Under the pieces are notes generated by a model, which was not told the DNA's origin, did no database searches, and saw only the letters and a program-made list of their open reading frames with translations. This document shows positions 37,223-48,235 of a stretch of DNA of 64,000 bases, in pieces. The stretch spans positions 143,098,001-143,162,000 of the forward strand of contig CM059432.1 in assembly GCA_030390025.1 (NCBI GenBank), in the 5' to 3' direction. The DNA comes from Squalus acanthias (taxonomy: Eukaryota). Position 1 is the first letter of the stretch; every line of letters starts with the position of its first letter. The translations under genes were made by a program, and so were the position numbers.

Positions 37223-37909
37223 GGGGGGGAAATTGGGTGGCGCCCATTTTGGGGCGCTAACGTCACCGGGGTGCTAATTTTAGCGCCCTGAAAATGTTTG
37301 CACCCCTCCGCCGTAAATTCAGTAGTAGCGCCCCAAGCAGGAGGCGGGGGGCTACTGGAAAGCACTCCACCTCGTACTTGGGGCGCTACTGCTGAATTTC
37401 ACGGCGCTACGTGCAGCGGTGGTACGTAGCGCCGCGGTATTGCAGGCCTCCTCCCCTGATTAAAGGGGAGGGGCCTAGCGTTGTGCGCACCGGGGCCCTG
37501 CCGGACCGCCGGGGAGCGGGGTGCCGTGGAAACAGCCTGGCGCTCAAGAGGAGTGCCGATTGAGCGATCGCGGCCGGTACATCCGCATAAAAAAGCGAAA
37601 GTGGGCAGGTGCTGGCAGGCGCCCAAAATAAAAATGACCGCCCGACACCTTCCCCTTTTACTAGCGCTGCAAAAGAACCCCCTCATCCTGTCGGACATGT
37701 CGTCCGGCGATAGGTCAGGGGGCGCAAGGGAACTTTGTGGCCGGGGCAAAATCGGGCAGCTGCGCACGGCGATGACATCATCACCAGCGGCGGAGCAGCG
37801 GGGGGCGCTACCGGCTACGGCTAACCTTCGCTGAATTTCGCGGGAGGATTCAAGCGGCGCTGGGCCCAGGCACTAACGAGAGGCACAAACCAGCACAAAT
37901 TTTTCCCCC
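37223..37909 (+). mobile_element. GC-rich Harbinger MITE, CTG TSD
   Basis: ctg|GGGGGGGAAATT ... AATTTTTCCCCC|ctg. Related to 16552-17440. Confidence 0.85.
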
Positions 37910-39540
37910 CTGATATTACAGACTCCTGGTATTACAGACTTCTGATATTACAGACTCCTGATATTACAGACTCCTGTTATTACAGACTCCTCATATTACA
38001 GACTCCTGTTATTACAGACTCCTCGTATTACAGACTCCTGTTATTACAGACTCCTGATATTACAGACTCCTGTTATTACAGACTCCTGTTATTACAGACT
38101 CCTGATATTACAGACTCCTGATATTACAGACTCCTGATATTACAGACTCCTGATATTACAGACTCCTGTTATTACAGACTCCTGATATTACAGACTCCTG
38201 TTATTACAGACTCCTGATATTACAGACTCCTGTTATTACAGACTCCTGATATTACAGACTCCTCATATTACAGACTCCTGATATTACAGACTCCTGTTAT
38301 TACAGACTCCTGATATTACAGACTCCTGTTATTACAGACTCCTGATATTACAGACTCCTGTTATTACAGACTCCTGATATTACAGACTCCTCATATTACA
38401 GACTCCTGATATTACAGACTCCTGTTATTACAGACTCCTGATATTACAGACTCCTCATATTACAGACTCCTGATATTACAGACTCCTGTTATTACAGACT
38501 CCTCATATTACAGACTCCTGTTATTACAGACTCCTCATATTACAGACTCCTGATATTACAGACTCCTCATATTACAGACTCCTCATATTACAGACTCCTG
38601 ATATTACAGACTCCTGTTATTACAGACTCCTCATATTACAGACTCCTGATATTACAGACTCCTCATATTACAGACTCCTCATATTACAGACTCCTGTTAT
38701 TACAGACTCCTCATATTACAGACTCCTGATATTACAGACTCCTGATATTACAGACTCCTCATATTACAGACTCCTGATATTACAGACTCCTGTTATTACA
38801 GACTCCTGATATTACAGACTCCTGTTATTACAGACTCCTCATATTACAGACTCCTGATATTACAGACTCCTCATATTACAGACTCCTCATATTACAGACT
38901 CCTGATATTACAGACTCCTGTTATTACAGACTCCTGATATTACAGACTCCTGATATTACAGACTCCTGTTATTACAGACTCCTGATATTACAGACTCCTG
39001 TTATTACAGACTCCTGATATTACAGACTCCTGATATTACAGACTCCTGTTATTACAGACTCCTGATATTACAGACTCCTCATATTACAGACTCCTCATAT
39101 TACAGACTCCTGTTATTACAGACTCCTGATATTACAGACTCCTGTTATTACAGACTCCTGTTATTACAGACTCCTCATATTACAGACTCCTGTTATTACA
39201 GACTCCTGTTATTACAGACTCCTGTTATTACAGACTCCTGTTATTACAGACTCCTGATATTACAGACTCCTCATATTACAGACTCCTCATATTACAGACT
39301 CCTGTTATTACAGACTCCTGATATTACAGACTCCTGTTATTACAGACTCCTGTTATTACAGACTCCTCATATTACAGACTCCTGTTATTACAGACTCCTG
39401 ATATTACAGACTCCTGATATTACAGACTCCTGGTATTACACACTCCTGATATTACAGACTCCTGTTATTACAGACTCCTGTTATTACAGACTCCTCATAT
39501 TACAGACTCCTGTTATTACAGACTCCTGTTATTACAGACT

Positions 39541-42030
39541 GTGTAACGAGACAGGATTAATTAAAAATGTCCTAGTAAAGGATCCCCTTGGAATGAGTGA
39601 CCATAACATGGTTGAATTCCATATTCAATTAGAGGGTGAGAAGGTTGGATCTCAAACAAGCGTGCTAAGCTTGAATAAAGGAGACTATGAAGGTATGCGA
39701 GCGGAATTGAGTAGAGTGGATTGGGAAAATAGATTAAAGGGTAAGACGACACATGATCAGTGGTGTACATTCAAGGAGTTATTTTACAACTTCCAAAAAA
39801 AATATATTCCACTGAAAAGAAAAGGGTGTAAAAGAAAGGACAGTCATCCGTGGCTAAGTAAAGAAATTAAGGATAGTATTCGACTAAAAACAAGGGCATA
39901 TAAGGTAGCGAAATCTAGTGGGAGGACAGAGGATTGGGAAAACTTTAAAAGGCAGCAAAAAATAACAAAAAGATTGATTAAGAAAGGGAAGATAGATTAT
40001 GAAAGTAAATTAGCAAAAAATATAAAAACAGATAGTAAGAGTTTTTATAGTTATATAAAAAGAAAAAGGGTGGCTAAAGTAAATGTTGGTCCCTTAGAGG
40101 ATGAGACCGGGAAATTAATGGTGGGAAATATGGAGATGGCAAAAACACTGAATGAATATTTTGTATCAGTCTTTACAGTAGAGGACACTAAGAATATCCC
40201 AACACTGGACAAACAGGGGGCTATAGGGGGAGAGGAGCTAAACACGATCAAAATCACTAAGGAAGTGGTACTCGGTAAAATAATGGGACTCAAGGCGGAT
40301 AAATCACCTGGACCTGATGGCTTACATCCTAGAGTCTTGAAGGAAGTGGCGGTAGGGATTGTAGATGCATTGGTAATAATTTTTCAAAACTCCCTGGATT
40401 CCGCTAAGGTCCCGGCAGACTGGAAAACTGCTAATGTAACACCCTTATTTAAAAAGGGCAGTAGACAGAAGGCTGGTAACTATAGACCGGTTAGCCTAAC
40501 ATCTGTGGTAGGTAAAATTTTGGAGTCCATTATTAAGGAAACAGTAACAGGACATTTGGATAATCATAATTTAATAGGACAAAGTCAGCATGGTTTTACG
40601 AAGGGGAAGTCATGTTTGACAAATTTGCTGGAGTTCTTTGAGGAAGTAACATATAGAGTGGATAAAGGGGAACCAGTGGACGTAGTGTATTTAGACTTCC
40701 AAAAGGCATTTGACAAGGTGCCACACAAAAGATTATTGCTTAAGGTAAAAAATCACGGGATTGGGGGTAATATTCTGGCATGGATAGAGGATTGGCTATC
40801 TAACAGAAAGCAAAGAGTTGGGATAAATGGTTCATTCTCAGACTGGCAATCAGTAACTAGTGGTGTTCCACAGGGGTCAGTGCTGGGTCCCCAACTCTTC
40901 ACAATCTATATTAACGATTTGGAGGAAGGGACCAAGTGTAACATATCAAAATTTGCAGATGATACAAAGATGGGAGGGAAAGTAGTGAGTGAGGAGGACA
41001 TAAAAAACCTGCAAGAGGACATAGACAGGCTAAGTAAGTGGGCAGAGATTTGGCAGATGGAATACAACACTGGAAAGTGTGAGGTGATGCACTTTGGCAG
41101 GAAAAATCCTAGAGCAATTTATTATCTTAATGGCAAGAAACTGGAGAGTACTGAAGTGCAAAGGGATCTGGGGGTCCTGGTGCACAAAACTCAAAAGGTT
41201 AGTATGCAGGTGCAGCAAGTGATTAAGAAGGCAAATGGAATGTTGGCTTTCATTGCTAGGGGGATAGAATATAAAAATAGGGAGGTATTGCTTCAGTTGT
41301 ACAAGGTATTGGTGAGACCGCACCTGGAATACTGCATACAGTTTTGGTGTCCTTACTTAAGGAAAGACATCCTTGCTCTCGAGGCAGTGCAAAAAAGGTT
41401 CACTCGGTTAATCCCGGGGATGAGGGGGTGGTCATATGAGGAGAGGTTGGGTAGATTGGGACTCTACTCATTGGAGTTCAGAAGAATGAGAGGCGATCTT
41501 ATTGAAACATATAAGATTGTGAAGGGGTTGGATCGGGTGGATGCGGGGAGGATGTTCCCGATGACGGGTGAGACGAGAACTAGGGGACATAGTCTTAGAA
41601 TAAGGGGCTGCTCTTTCAAAGCTGAGATGAGGAGGAACTACTTCACTCAGAGGGTGGTAGGTCCATGGAATATGCTGCCACAAAAAGCTGTAGAAGCTAC
41701 AACATTAATTAAATTTAAAACAGAAATAGACAGTTTCCTAGAAGTAAAGGGCATTAAGGGTTACGGGGAGCGGGCAGGAATTTGGACATGAGTCTAGGTT
41801 CGGATCGGTCATGGCCCTGTGGGTAGTGGAGCGGGCCCAGGGACTGTGTAGCCTGATTCTGCTCCTATTTCGTGTGTGCAATTCTGTTAGATGCAGGAGA
41901 TGGTTCTGTGATAGATAGTAGATTGGCGGTTAGGATCAGATCAGCCATGATCTTATTGAATGGCGGAGCAGGCTCGAGGGGCCGATTGGCCTACTCCTGC
42001 TCCTATTTCTTATGTTCTTATGTTCTTATG
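39541..42030 (+). mobile_element. Young 5'-truncated CR1 LINE inserted in the 16-bp minisatellite, with a double 3' UTR and (TTCTTATG)3 tail
   Basis: Clean junctions acagact|gtgtaacg and ttcttat|gactcc, and an uninterrupted ORF2. Confidence 0.95.
39593..41791 (+). CDS. CR1 ORF2: end of APE endonuclease (SDH), linker, complete RT and C-terminal domain; lacks most of the endonuclease
   Basis: 732-aa open frame with SDHNM, KSPGPDG, NYRPVSLTS, QHGF, YLDFQKAFDKVPH, GVPQGSVLGP, FADD and RPHLEYC. Confidence 0.93.
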   Translation: MSDHNMVEFHIQLEGEKVGSQTSVLSLNKGDYEGMRAELSRVDWENRLKGKTTHDQWCTFKELFYNFQKKYIPLKRKGCKRKDSHPWLSKEIKDSIRLKTRAYKVAKSSGRTEDWENFKRQQKITKRLIKKGKIDYESKLAKNIKTDSKSFYSYIKRKRVAKVNVGPLEDETGKLMVGNMEMAKTLNEYFVSVFTVEDTKNIPTLDKQGAIGGEELNTIKITKEVVLGKIMGLKADKSPGPDGLHPRVLKEVAVGIVDALVIIFQNSLDSAKVPADWKTANVTPLFKKGSRQKAGNYRPVSLTSVVGKILESIIKETVTGHLDNHNLIGQSQHGFTKGKSCLTNLLEFFEEVTYRVDKGEPVDVVYLDFQKAFDKVPHKRLLLKVKNHGIGGNILAWIEDWLSNRKQRVGINGSFSDWQSVTSGVPQGSVLGPQLFTIYINDLEEGTKCNISKFADDTKMGGKVVSEEDIKNLQEDIDRLSKWAEIWQMEYNTGKCEVMHFGRKNPRAIYYLNGKKLESTEVQRDLGVLVHKTQKVSMQVQQVIKKANGMLAFIARGIEYKNREVLLQLYKVLVRPHLEYCIQFWCPYLRKDILALEAVQKRFTRLIPGMRGWSYEERLGRLGLYSLEFRRMRGDLIETYKIVKGLDRVDAGRMFPMTGETRTRGHSLRIRGCSFKAEMRRNYFTQRVVGPWNMLPQKAVEATTLIKFKTEIDSFLEVKGIKGYGERAGIWT

Positions 42031-42536
42031 ACTCCTCATATTACAGACTCCTGTTATTACAGACTCCTGTTATTACAGACTCCTGTTATTACAGACTCCT
42101 GTTATTACAGACTCCTGATATTACAGACTCCTGTTATTACAGACTCCTGTTATTACAGACTCCTGATATTACAGACTCCTGTTATTACAGACTCCTGATA
42201 TTACAGACTCCTGTTATTACAGACTCCTGATATTACAGACTCCTGATATTACAGACTCCTGATATTACAGACTCCTGGTATTACACACTCCTGATATTAC
42301 AGACTCCTGATATTACAGACTCCTGTTATTACAGACTCCTGATATTACAGACTCCTGATATTACAGACTCCTGTTATTACAGACTCCTGATATTACAGAC
42401 TCCTGATATTACAGACTCCTGTTATTACAGACTCCTGTTATTACAGACCCCTGATATTACAGACTCCTGTTATTACAGACTCCTGTTCTTACAGACTCCT
42501 CATATTACAGACTCCTCATATTACAGACTCCTGGTA

Positions 42537-44945
42537 CAGGAAACTCTCGTTTAAACGGCACCTAAATATCCGGAATTCTCTATTAACCAGCAAAATTCAT
42601 ACTCCGAAAACTCCTCTCAAATAACCGGCAATGTTTCCGAGTCCGAGTCCACGTCTCCCGCGAACGCTAAGTTAGTGCCACTACTCGGCTTCCTGGCGCT
42701 GTCGGAAGTCCAAACACTGCAGTAACAGGAGTCTGATTCTCCCACGCTGCTGGTAGTCTCTTCTGATCCACCATTTTACTGTGTGTCTCCCGCGCTGCTG
42801 GTAGTCTCTTCCTAGCCACCATTGTTCTGTGTATCTCTCCATTTTTATCAGGAATTATCTCCCCCATCTTGCATTATGGAATTCCCAAAAGCTGGTCCAA
42901 GCAAAAGGAAGAGAGTGGTGTTAACTTTAAAACAGAAAATCGAGATATGCCAACGACTAGAAAGGGGAGAGAAGCGTATCAACATTATGAATGAATTCAA
43001 AATCGGTTCGTCAACAATCTACGACATCAAATCGCAGAAGGATAAGCTGCTCAAGTTTTATTCAAGCTCGGAGACATCTAAGAGTGTAGAGAAACGGCGT
43101 ACGCTTCGTAAGCCTAAGCTTGAAGAGCTGGATACCGTGCTTTATGAATGGTTTTCTCTTAAGCGTTCAGAGGGTGTTCCAATTTCCGGAGCCATGCTAA
43201 TCGAGAAAGCGAAGGATTTCTACGAAAGGATGGAGCTCACTGACAAGTGTGCTTTCTCTGAGGGATGGCTAACGTGCTTCAAGTTACGGCACGGGATACG
43301 ACGACTCGATATTTCCGGGGAGAAGAAATCAGCTGATCACGACACCGCAGAAGAATACTGCGATTATTTCAATCAGATTGTGCAGCAACATGATTTGTCG
43401 CCAGCACAGATATATAATGCCGATGAAACTGGCTTGTTTTGGAGGTTTTTGCCAGAATCAATGCTTGCTGGCGCTAGTGAGGCTAATGCTTCAGGTTACA
43501 AGAAAAATAAAGATCGTGTAACCGTGCTAACATGTGCGAACGCTGCTGGATCACACCGGGTTAAGCTTCTTGTTATTGGGAAGTATAAAAATCCCCGTGC
43601 ATTTAAAAATGTGAGGCACTTACCTGTTGAGTACAAAGATCAAAAAAATGCTTGGATGGATAAGGAAATCTTCTCCTATTGGTTCCATCATATTTTTGTT
43701 CCATCTGTGAGGGAACATTTCCGTAAAATAGGGAAACCTGAAGATAGCAAATGTATTTTATTGCTTGATAATTGTAGAGTCCATTCGCATGAATCCGAGT
43801 TGGTTTCGGGAAATATTTTCACCATTTATTTGCCACCAAATGTAACTTCTCTCATACAACCCATGGACCAGGGCGTTATCCAAAATCTGAAGTGTCATTA
43901 CAAGAAAGACTACCTACGTAAACTGATAAACCAAGATGACAATATTCACGCATTTCAGAAGGAATACAATATTAAAGATGCCATCTATAATGTTGCATGT
44001 TCCTGGAACTTGGTGAAAGGTCACACTCTGAGGCAAGCCTGGCGCAAATTGTGGCCTTCTGTAATGTTTGCTGAAGGTTCTTCTTCAGAGGAGGAATTTC
44101 ATGGGTTCAATGTTCGTCCCAAGAAGAGTACAATAATGGAAATGGCTGGCATGGTGAAAAATGTAGGCCCAGCAAACCCTCTACGTCACCTCAGTGAAAG
44201 TGATATCGAGCAGTGGGTTGATGCAGATAGAGAAGTTGGTGTTGTGCATATGCTAAGTGATGATGAAATAATTGAGAGTGTTTTGAATCCAAAGAAAGAA
44301 AAGGAAAGTGAGATGGAAAGTGAAGAGGATGAGATTTCTGAAGAGAACAAGATTTCTTGGGCTAAAGCTGCAGAAGGATTTTCTTCAATCCTCCAATTTG
44401 CTGAAAGGCAGCCTTGCTACTCTGCCCAAGAAGTTATGCAACTCCATATTCTGCATTCCACGTTTCTACAGAAAAGGCAAGAGTCCACTAAGCAAACCGA
44501 CATCCGCAACATGTTTAAGAAAGCTTCCAAAAGAGTCGAAGCAGCGGAAGTGCCTGAAGAATGTGTGGAATCTGTGGAAATGCATGATCCTGATGACCCA
44601 GCTGGCATGGATATTCCTGATGAACCAGTTGACTTGGAATAAGTGTACAGTCAACTACAGTACTGTATACAGTCATTTATAAGTTTTGTTTTACTGTTAA
44701 GTAATTAAAGAGTTATGGATTACCCTCAACTGGCAGTACTGTACTTAATCAAGCATCTTCCACCATCCATTTAACACAACATTCTGTAGGTGAGTACCCA
44801 AATACTGTATACTGCACATTTCTTGATTTTTTTATTTTTGTTTGTTAAAAATAGCCTTGGTAGATATACCTCTCCGTTATCCGGAACTTTTATTCAACCG
44901 GCACCACCATGGTCCCGTCGGTGCCGGATACCAAAGAGTTTCCTG
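42537..44945 (+). mobile_element. Full-length Tigger/pogo DNA transposon (2409 bp), TA TSD
   Basis: TA|CAGGAAACTCTcgtttaaaCGGCACC ... GGTGCCGgataccaaAGAGTTTCCTG|TA, with the TA at 42535-36 and 44946-47. Subterminal TIR-like repeats are present. Confidence 0.95.
42876..44642 (+). CDS. Tigger/pogo transposase (CENP-B-type HTHs plus DDE_1 domain, DD32D), 588 aa from the first ATG
   Basis: '[15 protein letters not shown]', 'LYEWF...G.PISG.ML.EKA...FSEGWL..FK.RHGI', [13 protein letters not shown] and QPMDQG (32 residues between the second and third D), and an acidic C-terminus. No stops. Confidence 0.93.
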   Translation: MEFPKAGPSKRKRVVLTLKQKIEICQRLERGEKRINIMNEFKIGSSTIYDIKSQKDKLLKFYSSSETSKSVEKRRTLRKPKLEELDTVLYEWFSLKRSEGVPISGAMLIEKAKDFYERMELTDKCAFSEGWLTCFKLRHGIRRLDISGEKKSADHDTAEEYCDYFNQIVQQHDLSPAQIYNADETGLFWRFLPESMLAGASEANASGYKKNKDRVTVLTCANAAGSHRVKLLVIGKYKNPRAFKNVRHLPVEYKDQKNAWMDKEIFSYWFHHIFVPSVREHFRKIGKPEDSKCILLLDNCRVHSHESELVSGNIFTIYLPPNVTSLIQPMDQGVIQNLKCHYKKDYLRKLINQDDNIHAFQKEYNIKDAIYNVACSWNLVKGHTLRQAWRKLWPSVMFAEGSSSEEEFHGFNVRPKKSTIMEMAGMVKNVGPANPLRHLSESDIEQWVDADREVGVVHMLSDDEIIESVLNPKKEKESEMESEEDEISEENKISWAKAAEGFSSILQFAERQPCYSAQEVMQLHILHSTFLQKRQESTKQTDIRNMFKKASKRVEAAEVPEECVESVEMHDPDDPAGMDIPDEPVDLE

Positions 44946-44976
44946 TATTACAGACTCCTGTTATTGCAGACTCCTG

Positions 44977-45738
44977 GGGGGAAAAATTCAGCTGCTTGCG
45001 CCTCCCGTTAGCGCCTTAAGAGGGCGCTAATGGGGCGTAAAGCAGCTAACGCCCGGGCGCAGCGCCGCCCACGCCTCCCGAAAAATTCAGCGGGAGGTTA
45101 GCGGCGGCGGCAGCCGGTAGCGCCCTGTGGCGCTGCGCCGCCGGCGATGACGTCATCGCCGTGCGCAGCACCCCGGCCGTGATCTTCAGTCGCGCCCCCT
45201 GATTTACCGCCAGACGCTATGTCCGACGGGTTCAGGGAGGCGTACGTGCGGCCGGGGCGGCGATATTTAAAGGGGAGGTGGCAGGCGGCCATTTTTGTTG
45301 CTGGCCGCCTGCCAGCACCTGCCCCCGTTGCTGTCCCCGGCCCCCGTGAAGCCCCCCCACCGTGAAGTGCCGGCTGCGCTCCAAGAGCCCGGCACTTCTC
45401 TTGAGTGCCGGGCTCTTTTGCCGGCACTCCCGATCCCTGGGGGCCCAGCTGGGCCCCGGTTCGCGCTGCGCAGGGTCCCTCCCCTTTAAGAAGGGGAGGA
45501 AGGCCTGCAATACCGCGGCGCGACGTGCCGCAGCGCATGGCGCTGCGGCACGTAGCGCCAGGATATTCCCTCGCAGCGCCCCAAGAGGGATGCGGGGTGC
45601 TTCCAGTGGCGCCCCGCTTCCCTCTTGGGGCACAACCACTGAAGTTCCGGCGCGGGGCCGCTAATTTTTTCGGGGCGCTAAAAGTCGCGCCCCGGCGAGG
45701 TTAGCGCCCCAAATGGGGCGCGACTCAATTTTTACCCC
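44977..45738 (-). mobile_element. GC-rich Harbinger MITE, CTG TSD, inverted relative to 37223-37909
   Basis: ctg|GGGGGAAAAATTCAG ... CAATTTTTACCCC|ctg. The reverse complement of its right end aligns to the left end of the 37223 copy. Confidence 0.87.
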
Positions 45739-46497
45739 CTGGTATTACAGACTCCTGGTATTAAAAACTCCTGTTATTACAGACTCTTCGTATTACAGAC
45801 TCCTGTTATTACAGACTCCTGTTATTACAGACTCCTGTTATTACAGACTCCTGGTATTACAGACTCCTGGTATTACAGACTCCTGGTATTACAGACTCCT
45901 GATATTACAGACTCCTGGTATTACAGACTCCTGGTATTACAGACTCCTGGTATTACAGACTCCTGGTATTACAGACTCCTGGTATTACAGACTCCTGGTA
46001 TTACAGACTCCTGTTATTACAGACTCCTGATATTACAGACTCCTGGTATTACAGACTCCTGATATTACAGACTCCTGGTATTACAGACTCCTGGTATTAC
46101 AGACTCCTGGTATTACAGACTCCTGATATTACAGACTCCTGGTATTACAGACTCCTGGTATTACAGACTCCTCGTATTACAGACTACTGGTATTACAGAC
46201 TCCTGGCCCCGAGTGGAAGGATTAGAGCCCCTGGTGGAAGTCCCGTCCTCCCACTAAACCACCAATGGGAGGACAATCCAGCCCGACGTTAGCATGATGC
46301 TCTACTTAACTAATTGCTATTGGTCTCCAATTGGGTCACTCACTGTATCACTGACAGCTTTGATGAGTTTCCGTGGCTCAGTGGGAACCAACTCCGTTGC
46401 CGCTGTGAGCTTGAAGCAAGGAAATAGGACCCAGAGTTCTCGTCACTTCTTGCAGTCTGTCTTCTAACATTTGCGATCGGGAATCTGCAGGGAATCA

Positions 46498-46810
46498 AAT
46501 TCATAGAATGATACAGCACAGAAAGAGGCCTTTCGGCCCATCATGCCTGCGCCAGCTCTGTGAAAGAGCGGTCCTATTAGTCTCACCTCCTCCTGCTCTT
46601 TCCCCACAGCCCTTGCAAATTGTTCCCCTTCAAGTATTTATCCAATTCCCTTTTGAAAGTTACTATTGAATCTGCTTTTATCACCCTTTCAGGCATTCCA
46701 AATCATCATAACTCACTGTGTAAAAAAAATTCTCCTCATTTCCCCCCCCGGCTCCTTAAATCTGTGTCGTCTGGTTACCGACCCTCCTGCCAGTGGAAGC
46801 ATTTCCCCCT
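46498..46810 (-). mobile_element. CR1 3' fragment
   Basis: Reverse of the 9925-10352 type tail. Confidence 0.8.
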
Positions 46811-47190
46811 TGCTGCTCAATCAGATCGCACCACATCTGCATCTCATTGTACAACATCTGCAATTCACCCTCCTCCAGTTGAGTATCTTCATCTTTGCTT
46901 GTTTCTTGTCCCTTTCCATAACTACTTTAAACCTAAATGTTCCCAGAAGAAAAAGGGTTGAAAGCCGATAAATCTTTTTGTGTTCACGGGGATAAGCTGC
47001 GACACTTCTAAGGCTCGACTGACAGACTTTGTTACTTGGCGAAATTTTGCTTTAATGTTAGAACATGAATGGGTGACCCAGATATTGGAATCACAGGGAT
47101 ATACGATGACTGAAAGCTGTTCGAATAGGCTTCCATGTGGGTTTAACTCACCAGAGTTAAAGGCTGTTGATGTCATTTCATTTTGGTTTC

Positions 47191-47452
47191 AACAACAACA
47201 ACAACAACAACAAATTGCATTTATATAGCGCCTTTATCGTAAGTAAAACATCTCAAGGCGCTTCACAGGAGCGATTATCAAACAAAATTTGACACCGAGC
47301 CACATAAGGAGATTAGGAAAGGCTTGGTCAAAGGGTTAGGTTTTAAGGAGTGTCTTAAAGGAGGACAGAGAGGAAGAGAGGTGGAGAGGTTTAGTGGGGC
47401 AGGGGGGGGGGGGAAATTCCAGAGCTTAGGGCCTTGGCAGCTGAAGGCACGG
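47191..47452 (-). mobile_element. L2 3' fragment with (CAA)n tail
   Basis: '(caa)n attgcatttatatagcgccttt...ggaaattccagagcttagggcc..gcagctgaaggcacgg'. Confidence 0.8.
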
Positions 47453-47944
47453 CTCCTGCACAACGCAGTGTGCATTGCCTAGATAGTCCACACTAACGTC
47501 AGGTGAATTGTTGAAAGCCTAAATAGCCGTTTCCTATGTCACGCTGATGAGGGCTGTTTAAGTGATTAACAGAAGCATCACACTGGAGCATCGCTTCCAA
47601 CTCTGCATTTACACAACATTTATTTCACGACAAGCTTAATTTCAATCTGAACGACTGTAAAATAATTTTCACCGCAATAAAAATAACCTGTACCCATACG
47701 TTTTATTTCAACATAATTGGGTTACATAAAAGTGGAGGAGATTCCAGGCGTATAATTCTGTCTTGTTCTCTTAACTGTTTCAAGCCCTTCAATATTTGTC
47801 TATAGTCCATAAAAAGAATTTGCTCTCTGATTTATTCTAGCGTGACAGCAGTGGCCATGAGTTGTGGCCTTATTTTAATTGCATTATCAGAAATAATCTA
47901 AATATATAGACATTTAAAAAACTGTGTTGTCATTGCTACAAAGG

Positions 47945-48235
47945 GACAGGAGGAGGCCATTCAGCCCCTCGAGCCTGCTCCGCCATTCAATTAGATCACG
48001 GCTGATCTGCTCCTCAACTCCAATTACCCGCCTTTACTCCATGTCCCTCGATACCCTTACCCAACAAAAATCTATCAATCTCAGTCTTAAAAGCTCCAAT
48101 TGACACCCAGCATCCACGGCCTTTTTGTGGGAGAGAGTTCCATGATTTCCACTAACCTTTGTGTGAAAAATGCTTCTTGATTTTGCTCCTGAATGGCCTG
48201 GCTCTAATTTTTAAGATTGTGCCCCCTTTGTTCTG
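47945..48235 (-). mobile_element. CR1 3' fragment
   Basis: Reverse CR1 UTR 'ggaggccattcagcccctcgagcctgctccgccattcaa'. Confidence 0.8.

Larger units (their letters stand above)
37205..46206. repeat. 16-bp minisatellite (ATTACAGACTCCT[GAT/GTT/CAT/GGT]) in blocks 37910-39540, 42030-42536, 44946-44976 and 45739-46206, plus one unit left of 37223
   Basis: Directly visible array of roughly 165 units in total, interrupted by four TE insertions. Confidence 0.97.

Noticed and set aside
42876..44642. Domesticated host gene (TIGD, JRKL or CENP-B)
   Set aside because: The ORF is flanked by TIRs and a TA TSD inside a minisatellite, which indicates a transposon insertion. No gene symbol was assigned.
45098..45704. 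Overlapping GC-rich ORFs or a CpG-island promoter of a gene
   Set aside because: They lie wholly within a TIR/TSD-bounded MITE, and the ORFs reflect high GC content.
37910..46206. 16-bp repeat as a CRISPR or telomeric array, or its ORFs (41872-42230, 45713-46030) as genes
   Set aside because: There are no spacers, the unit is not TTAGGG, and the ORFs are translations of the repeat.
46810..47228. Possible host exon (ORFs 46922-47176 and 46980-47228)
   Set aside because: No protein is recognisable. The poly-Q is the L2 (CAA)n tail, and 46810-46935 resembles an old CR1 linker on the minus strand.
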